The translations under genes and the position numbers were made by a program. A DNA stretch of 64,000 nt from an uncultured Marinoscillum sp. (GTDB lineage Bacteria; Bacteroidota; Bacteroidia; Cytophagales; MED-G16), in assembly GCA_902523065.1 (NCBI GenBank), contig CABYXZ010000001.1:263540-327539 (forward strand), written 5' to 3'. Below are positions 36,120 through 43,298 of this stretch, one piece after another. Each line of letters begins with the position of its first letter. Position 1 is the first letter of the stretch. The notes beneath the pieces are model-generated. The model saw only the letters and a program-made list of their open reading frames with translations. It was not told the origin of the DNA and did no database searches.

Positions 36120-36893
36120 TTATTGTAAAGCAATTGGCGGAGAACTTAATTCTGGTAAGAACCTTACAAGCTCTGTCCTAGCACCCCACATTTGTATTGT
36201 TCCTCTTAAAAGATCTAGATCAGTCTCCCATGAATCTTCGCCAAACATCTCTTGGTAAGTATCACCAACCTTACTCATAACTTTATAAAAATTACCGTAT
36301 TCCTCCATGGTTCTAAAAGCAAACGATACCTGTACATGACCTTGTTCACCTCCACCTCTTGATCTCCAAACATTAACTGTTAAATCTTCTCCTGATTCTT
36401 TAATAGCAGAAGCAAGATTACCTCTGAATTTCCAGAAGTGGTTTCGATCAGATCCTGGGGCCATTACATAGTGGATATTTAAACCAACTACCTTTTCTCC
36501 CGGCTTACTTTGATCGTGACTTGCATCATCGACTCTCTCAAAGTATTCTCTACCACTTGAAGATGCAATCATAGGATCAACATTTTTCATCCAATAATTA
36601 AACTCTTCTGATGTAACAGAATTATTATCAAAATCAGCCCACGTTGGACCAACACCAGCTCTTGCAAGCTGACCTTGTCTCGGACCAGATATTACTTCAA
36701 ATGTGTAAAGCTGGAAAGTTCCTGGGCCTTGGTTATATTTTTTAGTTTTATCTCCTACAGCCTCCCTAAGTTCACTACCCTTACCTTTCACAGGGTCATG
36801 ATAATCAACCCATACAACCATTGACTGAGAAATACCAGCCTGTACTACAAATAAAAAAAGTATTAGAAAAATATTTTTCATATCACTGTACAT
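36120..36893 (-). CDS. secreted protein, paralog B of the five-gene array
   Basis: Signal peptide '...VQAGISQS'. 'RSRGGGEQGHVQVSFAF' aligns with the GGEQG motif of A and C. An alternative ATG lies at 36881. Confidence 0.6.
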   Translation of the reverse strand: MYSDMKNIFLILFLFVVQAGISQSMVVWVDYHDPVKGKGSELREAVGDKTKKYNQGPGTFQLYTFEVISGPRQGQLARAGVGPTWADFDNNSVTSEEFNYWMKNVDPMIASSSGREYFERVDDASHDQSKPGEKVVGLNIHYVMAPGSDRNHFWKFRGNLASAIKESGEDLTVNVWRSRGGGEQGHVQVSFAFRTMEEYGNFYKVMSKVGDTYQEMFGEDSWETDLDLLRGTIQMWGARTELVRFLPELSSPPIALQ

Positions 36894-37587
36894 TATAAAA
36901 TTGAAGTGGTCTACCAGAAGTAGTTTGTATTACGTCTGTGTATGGTCTAGTAGCAGCTGCAAATTCTTGGAATGCTTTTGTTTGTATAAACTCATTCCTA
37001 CCAGATAACCATTCAGCCATTGAAGGGGCTCTTACTATTACAACATGTGTAATACCTTGCTCACCTCCTGCAATTATTTCGTGTAGCTCAATTGTTCCAG
37101 TAGACTCTCTCTTATCGAAAGCAGCTTTCATTTTAGTGAAAGCACCAGCATATGATAAAGGATCTTGTACATTAATACCGTATAAAACTGAGAATCGTAG
37201 ATTAAAATCTCCTGGATCTGCAATAAGAGACTGACCCATATAATTTGATATCTCTGTTACGTTATTAATATATGTATTAACAACAGGAAATAATTCCATG
37301 AACTTAGCAGAGGCAAATATTCCTTGGTTTGCCTCAAGTTTAGCAGGATCATCAGAGAACCAGCAAAGCTGATGAGTAGCACTATTAGTTGAGTTAGTGT
37401 TTACGTACTCAAAAACCGCATGTGGTGTCATTTGTTTTCCTAAGGCAGAATTCATAAACTGATCCCACACTGTTACAAAAGCTGGAGCATTGTCCACTTC
37501 TACATCAGAGCACTGCCATGTAATTTGTTGTGCATTGGACTGAAACGCAAAAAATAGCATTATCAACCCTAAAAAGGTATTTTTCAT
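36883..37587 (-). CDS. secreted protein, paralog A of the five-gene array
   Basis: Signal peptide '...FQSNAQQ'. 'NSATHQLCWFSD' in half 1 and 'HEIIAGGEQGITHVVIVRAPSMAEW' in half 2, a NIPSNAP/Dabb-like pattern. Confidence 0.6.
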   Translation of the reverse strand: MKNTFLGLIMLFFAFQSNAQQITWQCSDVEVDNAPAFVTVWDQFMNSALGKQMTPHAVFEYVNTNSTNSATHQLCWFSDDPAKLEANQGIFASAKFMELFPVVNTYINNVTEISNYMGQSLIADPGDFNLRFSVLYGINVQDPLSYAGAFTKMKAAFDKRESTGTIELHEIIAGGEQGITHVVIVRAPSMAEWLSGRNEFIQTKAFQEFAAATRPYTDVIQTTSGRPLQFYNVQ

Positions 37588-37617
37588 AATTTTATAAGTT
37601 TTTAGTTACAATAAAAA

Positions 37618-37635
37618 TTAGAACAAAAGTTCTAA
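37618..37635 (-). other. perfect 7-bp hairpin in the leader of the five-gene array (attenuator, terminator or operator candidate)
   Basis: TTAGAAC-AAAA-GTTCTAA. On the minus strand it is followed by TTTTTATT and sits about 30-48 nt upstream of the ATG at 37587. Confidence 0.3.
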
Positions 37636-37785
37636 AAGTTTTTCAAGTTCAGGTTATGTAAAAATTAATAAACAATTATTAATTCTTTATAGAATTAGAT
37701 AGTGGTTTATAAAATTTTGGATATCTAATATAATGCAAAATTTTATTTTTCAAAACATATAAAATAGAATTATTATTAATAGAAC

Positions 37786-38367
37786 TTAAATGTCTTCTTC
37801 GTTAGCTCTAGCAAAATTTAAATAATAAATTATCTCCTTTGTCCTTCTAAAATAGTCCTCAAAAATATCAGGTCTGTATACTTCTGGCTTTCCTGTATTG
37901 AGCCTAGTAATTTTTGGATCAAAGAATGCGTACGTATAAAAAGATGCTAAAACTATTTCATCAACTGGCAATATTTTATCATAAGCATATATGTACTTAA
38001 TTAGTGTATCTTTTTTTTCAGGATAGATATTAATCATTTGCCAGAAGGCAAGTTTAATATCCAGATTACTTAAACTTATTCCAACATCATACAGAGTGTA
38101 TTCATCTTTATAAATTTTATCTCTGAATATGCTGTCATTTAAAAGTTTTATTCCTTCTTCAGAAAAATAAATTTCTTTCTCACCTGAAGAAACTCCCTTC
38201 TCTGTTAAGTTTTTAATCCACTCTTCATTTAATTTTTGATTTTTTTCAATATCCGATAAGAAATTTATGAGATTTAATGAGTCAGTTAAATCAATAGTTA
38301 GCGTATCCTCAGAATTTGAGATAAATGGGATAAAATTTATGTAGAAAAGTAAAACCTTAAGATTCAT
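37786..38367 (-). CDS. hypothetical exported protein (last gene of the fibre cluster)
   Basis: 193 aa with a hydrophobic N-terminus. Only 3 nt downstream of the fibre gene. No recognisable motif. Confidence 0.4.
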   Translation of the reverse strand: MNLKVLLFYINFIPFISNSEDTLTIDLTDSLNLINFLSDIEKNQKLNEEWIKNLTEKGVSSGEKEIYFSEEGIKLLNDSIFRDKIYKDEYTLYDVGISLSNLDIKLAFWQMINIYPEKKDTLIKYIYAYDKILPVDEIVLASFYTYAFFDPKITRLNTGKPEVYRPDIFEDYFRRTKEIIYYLNFARANEEDI

Positions 38368-38370
38368 TTT

Positions 38371-40518
38371 CTAAGGATTCACCTTCAATAGGTTTTTTTC
38401 AACAAGTTCGTTTACAGTTTTCTCAAACTCATTTAATTTATCTTCAAATTTTTTCTGATTGGACTCAAATCTTTTAAAGACATTCACCCAGTCTCCGTTG
38501 TGAACTCCTATAACTGTGTTTATAAGTTTTGGACCATCATTAAGGTTAGTATCCCAAGATCTTCCAACAGCAAACCTAAAATTTTCAGCTACCATCTCTT
38601 TTGGATTAATTGCTTTTCCATAACCAGAAATTTCTCCGTGAGCAACAATGTAATCACCTGACGAAACTGGACCGATAACCTTTACCGGAACTTGCCCCAT
38701 AAACGCAACATTATTTCCAAGATGACTTTTTCCCTCCTCTGGAATATTACCTAGGACAATGGGTTTATGGGAAACTACCATTACCTGTTCTAGGTCTTTT
38801 AAGTCTTTAGTTATTTTTGCTCCCTTAACTGCAACTATATCTCCTGCAGTCAAATATTCTAGATGATCTTCTCTCTCAAGCCACTCCGCATAATCACCGT
38901 TACCCGAAGCGTATGAAACTCCAAGTATATTATACTCATAAAGAAAATTAGAAGCTGCTGCATTAGCTCCAATAATTGCCTGAAGTGGATCAACACCTAC
39001 AAAGCTTGCAATTAGGTCAAGCATATACACGTCATTAAGAAAAGTTCTATCTCTCCACTCTGAAAGGTTTTCAGCTTGAATTGTTCCCATTCTCCTTCCC
39101 TCTTTGTCCTCAAACCTTATATACTCATTACTATTGTTGAGAGAATTATTAACATTTTCAACAATTATTCTAATATCTGGAACATCAGGCAATCCTGGAA
39201 TATTAATTTGTGGTATATCTGGGGTAACATCTCCTCCCTCAAATAATGTTTCTCCTGGATATATGGTTTGACGACCTATTAACCTAAAACCGTTGGTGAC
39301 TGTAAATGTTCCTAAATCAAGAACCTTAACTCTCAATCCTGGTAAATTTACTTCTGGTGATTGAATTTTTGGCACCTCAATTTTTGGTATATCAACTTTT
39401 GGCATAACCTTATTAATTTCAGATGTTATCCTATTAGTAATATCCTGAGCTGCAGCAACAATCAAAGCATCAGGTGAAGCTTTTACAATATCCAAAGGGG
39501 AAATATCTGTTGGTTTTTTCTTTCCATCAATTAGATCTCTTAGAAGTTGAAGAAGTTCTTGATATGGCTCAGTTGTTGGCATTGGAGCACTAACGAAACC
39601 ACTTCCATTCCAGGCACTATGCGTTCGTCCTAATTTAATTAATATTCCATCTCCTTCGCCCCCGTCTTTATTATTTAATGTTGCAAGAAATTTATCATTA
39701 GAACCCTCGATAGATAATGTATTCTCAAGCTTAAGATCTCCACCTAAATTAAGATCCCCTTGAAATGAGGCGTCTCCGCTAACATCTAGAGAACCAGTTA
39801 AAGTTGTGCTACTACTATCAAGAACAGATAAGGATTTATTTAATGTTGTTATACCACCTACCTTTAGGTCACCACTTAATTCTGAAAGAGATTGATTAGC
39901 TACTGTTAATTTTGAATTAAGTAATGTATTATCCTCAACCTTTAGTTCACCTAATAATTTAGTATTTCCACCAACATCTAGGTCATTATTAACATCAAGG
40001 TTTCCTTTTATAAGTGAATTTCCATCTACACTGAGCTCCTGATTAATATTGAGGTTTCCCTTTAGAAGTGAATTTCCATCAACTGTTAGATTTCCAGATG
40101 CTATGATATCCCTGTGGTATGCGTATGGTATAAAGAGTAATTCCTGATCACTAAGGTCTGAGTAAGTCCCATCCAAATTTATTTCAACCTTTAAATTTTT
40201 GGTAGAACCGTCCCAGTAAATTTCTGTGAATCTTCCAGCAACTGAATTTCCTTTTCCAATAACCAAATTTATCATTCCATACTCATCTGTTTTGGTTGTA
40301 TGGATTTCCTGATACTCCGTGTTACCAGAATTACCATAAATGGTAAATCTTACATTAATTTCTTTATTTGGCAGTATGTTACCTGTAACATCTATCCCAG
40401 GAATTTCTTCTGGTTCAGGGTCAATTATGACTGCCTGATAATTTAAACCATCAGTCTGAGCAAAGACTTGAAGGTTAATTAATAAAATAAAAGAATGTAG
40501 AGTTATTAAATTTTTCAT
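38371..40518 (-). CDS. cell-surface fibre protein: N-terminal 'NYQAV' Ig-like domain, beta-helical repeat stalk, Pro-rich linker, C-terminal tailspike-like (Peptidase_G2/IMC-type) domain
   Basis: Signal peptide. 'GLNYQAVIIDP...INVRFTIYG...EYQEIHTTKTDEYGMINLVIGKG' matches the N-domain of Bacteroidota 'tail fiber domain' proteins. Periodic 'GNxLLxGxLxV' repeats span aa 140-272. 'GDYAEWLE...VAFMGQVPVKVIGPVSSGDYIV' resembles the phage IMC autoproteolysis domain. Confidence 0.65.
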   Translation of the reverse strand: MKNLITLHSFILLINLQVFAQTDGLNYQAVIIDPEPEEIPGIDVTGNILPNKEINVRFTIYGNSGNTEYQEIHTTKTDEYGMINLVIGKGNSVAGRFTEIYWDGSTKNLKVEINLDGTYSDLSDQELLFIPYAYHRDIIASGNLTVDGNSLLKGNLNINQELSVDGNSLIKGNLDVNNDLDVGGNTKLLGELKVEDNTLLNSKLTVANQSLSELSGDLKVGGITTLNKSLSVLDSSSTTLTGSLDVSGDASFQGDLNLGGDLKLENTLSIEGSNDKFLATLNNKDGGEGDGILIKLGRTHSAWNGSGFVSAPMPTTEPYQELLQLLRDLIDGKKKPTDISPLDIVKASPDALIVAAAQDITNRITSEINKVMPKVDIPKIEVPKIQSPEVNLPGLRVKVLDLGTFTVTNGFRLIGRQTIYPGETLFEGGDVTPDIPQINIPGLPDVPDIRIIVENVNNSLNNSNEYIRFEDKEGRRMGTIQAENLSEWRDRTFLNDVYMLDLIASFVGVDPLQAIIGANAAASNFLYEYNILGVSYASGNGDYAEWLEREDHLEYLTAGDIVAVKGAKITKDLKDLEQVMVVSHKPIVLGNIPEEGKSHLGNNVAFMGQVPVKVIGPVSSGDYIVAHGEISGYGKAINPKEMVAENFRFAVGRSWDTNLNDGPKLINTVIGVHNGDWVNVFKRFESNQKKFEDKLNEFEKTVNELVEKNLLKVNP

Positions 40519-40521
40519 TTT

Positions 40522-41223
40522 CTATTGAGTATCGATATTTTTCTTTTTAAATCCTTTTATATCAACCAAAACTCCTACCCCAATTGAATGATTTCTAATA
40601 CTCAACTGCTCAAGACTGCTTGGAGAGTCATCCTTCATCACATTACTTGTTGAGTATAAATATTGTACATAGACTCTTGCCTTTTCCGACATTGGATATG
40701 TTATGCCAGCACCTCCTTTAAAGAAGAAGGAAAATGGATCAAATTCTTCAACATTTTCTAATGAATATACTTGATTATTTATCATCTGAGTACCTCTAAG
40801 ATAATAGTCTGAAGATGCACCTCCAGTAAGGTAAAGAGTAAAATCACGCATCTTTATCAGGTCATAATTAATTGCTAGATTAAGACCCAAGTAGTCAAGA
40901 TCCCATTCGTATATATTATACAGTATGTCATTGCTCCCCTGGGCACCATAATTATTGTAGTCAAGAGAGACTGAAAAACTAAACCTGTTTGGTTGGAGAA
41001 CACTTTTATTACTGAAATACCAGTCGTGATTGTAACCTAATCTAAAATAATTTTTTGACATAGGCTGCAGGTTATCAAGGTTAACCCCTGAGCTATTGGT
41101 ATAGTCAAAACTAGAAATAGATTTTCCATATTCAACATAGATTGCATCCTGTAAAATTTTAATCTTTTGCCCGCTTACTTGGAAAATGGAAATTAAAAAA
41201 AAAATTAGTGTAAGTCTCTTCAT
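40522..41223 (-). CDS. outer-membrane beta-barrel protein
   Basis: Signal peptide '...IFQVSGQ', alternating beta-strand pattern, many Tyr/Gly strand termini. Confidence 0.55.
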   Translation of the reverse strand: MKRLTLIFFLISIFQVSGQKIKILQDAIYVEYGKSISSFDYTNSSGVNLDNLQPMSKNYFRLGYNHDWYFSNKSVLQPNRFSFSVSLDYNNYGAQGSNDILYNIYEWDLDYLGLNLAINYDLIKMRDFTLYLTGGASSDYYLRGTQMINNQVYSLENVEEFDPFSFFFKGGAGITYPMSEKARVYVQYLYSTSNVMKDDSPSSLEQLSIRNHSIGVGVLVDIKGFKKKNIDTQ

Positions 41224-41717
41224 TACTTTCTCTTTATAATTTTTGTTTGAAAGTACTTCTCTTTACTCTCCAGTCTAAGGATAAATTGAGATTCTGGAAT
41301 TGAATTTAGGTAGATTTTATGTTGAGCTTTTATTGGAAGTTCGTCATCAAAAACTAACTTTCCCATCAGATCATAAATCTTAACTTTTATCTTGTTTTTA
41401 ATTTCCTCAGAGAAGACTACATCTAAAGCTTCCGTAAATGGATTAGGAGAGATTTTAACCTTTAAGAGCTTATCAAGAATTGAATTTTTTTCAATAAATT
41501 TAGGAGGCTGTATAAAGCCTTGCCTAGCATTTACCATCATTGTATTTATTTTTCCAATTGGCCCTTGCTGACCAATTGAGTACTGAACTCTGTAAGATTT
41601 GTCTAATGTTTTAAGGGTTTTTGATCCTCCAGAAACATTTAAAACAGACCTATAATCTCTTGAATTTGAATGAAAGGAAATAAAAATTAGAATTATAAAA
41701 AAAATCCTAGGCATCAA
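41223..41717 (-). CDS. small secreted protein with T9SS type-A C-terminal sorting domain
   Basis: C-terminus 'VKISPNPFTEALDVVF...IKVKIYDLMGKLVFDD...KIYLNSIPESQFILRLES' fits the Por/T9SS CTD pattern. N-part carries 'YSIGQ...QGFIQP'. Confidence 0.65.
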   Translation of the reverse strand: MMPRIFFIILIFISFHSNSRDYRSVLNVSGGSKTLKTLDKSYRVQYSIGQQGPIGKINTMMVNARQGFIQPPKFIEKNSILDKLLKVKISPNPFTEALDVVFSEEIKNKIKVKIYDLMGKLVFDDELPIKAQHKIYLNSIPESQFILRLESKEKYFQTKIIKRK

Positions 41718-41756
41718 TTAAAATATTATAACTATACCTAATATAGATATGAAAAT

Positions 41757-43295
41757 TTAAAAATCAAATTTTATACCTTGAGCCAAGGGCAAGTCGTCAG
41801 AGTAATTTATCGTATTTGTCTGTCGCCTCATGTATGCTTTCCATGAATCTGATCCAGACTCTCTACCTCCACCAGTCTCTTTTTCACCACCAAAAGCGCC
41901 ACCTATTTCGGCACCTGATGTTCCAATATTTACATTTGCAATACCACAATCTGAACCAGAGGATGAAAGAAACTCCTCCGCTTCAGATATTTTGGTTGTC
42001 ATTATAGCTGAAGATAGTCCTTGAGGTACATCATTTTGTATGTTAATTGCATCTTCTAAACTTGAATATTTTATAAGATATAAAATAGGAGCAAAGGTCT
42101 CTTCCTTAACTACTGAAAATTTATTTTCCACTTCATATATTGCAGGTTTAACGTAACAACCAGAACTAAAAGATTCTCCATCCAAGATACCACCATCAAT
42201 AATAGTTTTACCACCTTCTTTCTTTACTTTAACTATTGCGTCTAAATACAGTTTGACAGCATGCTTGTCTATTAGCGGACCCATATGATTTTTTTCATCT
42301 AATGGATCACCTATTTTAATTTGTGCATAAGCTTTGATTAACAAATCTTTAAACTTATCATAAATTGATTCGTGAATAATTAATCTTCTGGTTGTCGTAC
42401 ACCTTTGTCCGGCTGTACCAATTGCACCAAAAACTGCTCCCCTAATGGCAATATTTAGATCGGCATTCTCAGTAATTATCATTGCGTTATTCCCACCTAA
42501 CTCTAATAATGTCTTGCCAAGTCTTTTACCGACCACTTCTGCAACAGATTTACCCATTCTAGTTGAACCTGTTGCACTTACCAGAGAGACTCTAGAGTCT
42601 GAAGCAATCTTTTTTCCAACTAACTGATTTTGACAATCCAATACCAAATTTAAAACACCTTCAATTTTATTTTCTTTTAAAACTTTAGATATAATATTTT
42701 GAGTTGCTATTGCAGATAAAGGAGTTTTTTCTGAAGGTTTCCAAATACAAACATTTCCACAAACAATAGCAATCATAGCATTCCAACTCCACACAGCGAC
42801 AGGAAAGTTAAAGGCAGAAATTATCCCAACAATTCCGAGAGGGTGCCACTGTTCATACATTCTATGATTTGGTCTTTCAGAATGCATTGTTAGTCCATAT
42901 AATTGTCTAGACAGACCAACTGAAAAATCACATATATCTATCATCTCTTGAACTTCACCAAGACCCTCTTGCAAAGACTTACCCATCTCATATGACACTA
43001 GCTGGCCTAATGAATCTTTATTTTCTCTCAACTCATTGCCTATCTGTCTTACAATTTCACCTCTTTTAGGAGCAGGGACTTTTCTCCAGGAAATATAAGC
43101 ACTTGAAGCAGCTTCAATTATTTTCTCATACGTATCTTCATCGGTTTCAATAATTGACGAAATTTTATTGCCATCTACAGGAGAAAAAACATCACTTATT
43201 TTACCGCTAGAATTTAGCCATTGATAGCCAGTACTTGATCCCTGATTTATATCCTTTAAACCAAGACTGCTTAATAACTTAGACTTATCAACCAT
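41757..43295 (-). CDS. ALDH7-type aldehyde dehydrogenase (alpha-aminoadipic semialdehyde / piperideine-6-carboxylate dehydrogenase-like)
   Basis: 'LELGGNNA' (catalytic Glu), 'GTAGQRCTTTRRL' (catalytic Cys in antiquitin-type context), 'EETFAPILY'. Confidence 0.85.
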   Translation of the reverse strand: MVDKSKLLSSLGLKDINQGSSTGYQWLNSSGKISDVFSPVDGNKISSIIETDEDTYEKIIEAASSAYISWRKVPAPKRGEIVRQIGNELRENKDSLGQLVSYEMGKSLQEGLGEVQEMIDICDFSVGLSRQLYGLTMHSERPNHRMYEQWHPLGIVGIISAFNFPVAVWSWNAMIAIVCGNVCIWKPSEKTPLSAIATQNIISKVLKENKIEGVLNLVLDCQNQLVGKKIASDSRVSLVSATGSTRMGKSVAEVVGKRLGKTLLELGGNNAMIITENADLNIAIRGAVFGAIGTAGQRCTTTRRLIIHESIYDKFKDLLIKAYAQIKIGDPLDEKNHMGPLIDKHAVKLYLDAIVKVKKEGGKTIIDGGILDGESFSSGCYVKPAIYEVENKFSVVKEETFAPILYLIKYSSLEDAINIQNDVPQGLSSAIMTTKISEAEEFLSSSGSDCGIANVNIGTSGAEIGGAFGGEKETGGGRESGSDSWKAYMRRQTNTINYSDDLPLAQGIKFDF

Positions 43296-43298
43296 ATT

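Larger units (their letters stand above)
33871..37587 (-). repeat. tandem array of five diverged paralogous genes
   Basis: Five consecutive same-strand 230-260-aa ORFs with signal peptides, an internally duplicated architecture and shared motifs. Junctions range from an 11-nt overlap to a 15-nt gap. Confidence 0.7.

Noticed and set aside
33871-37587. Declaring the five-gene array a horizontally acquired island on compositional grounds
   Set aside because: The block looks less AT-rich by eye, but I cannot compute windowed GC or codon statistics reliably here. Amino-acid composition (Gly/Ala/Trp-rich secreted proteins) could explain the difference, and no mobility genes or flanking repeats were seen.
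41718-41756. Weak palindrome 'ctata-cctaa-tatag' between the ALDH gene and the fibre cluster as a terminator
   Set aside because: The stem is only 5 bp, entirely AT-rich apart from one C/G pair, and has no T tract. It is indistinguishable from chance in this composition.
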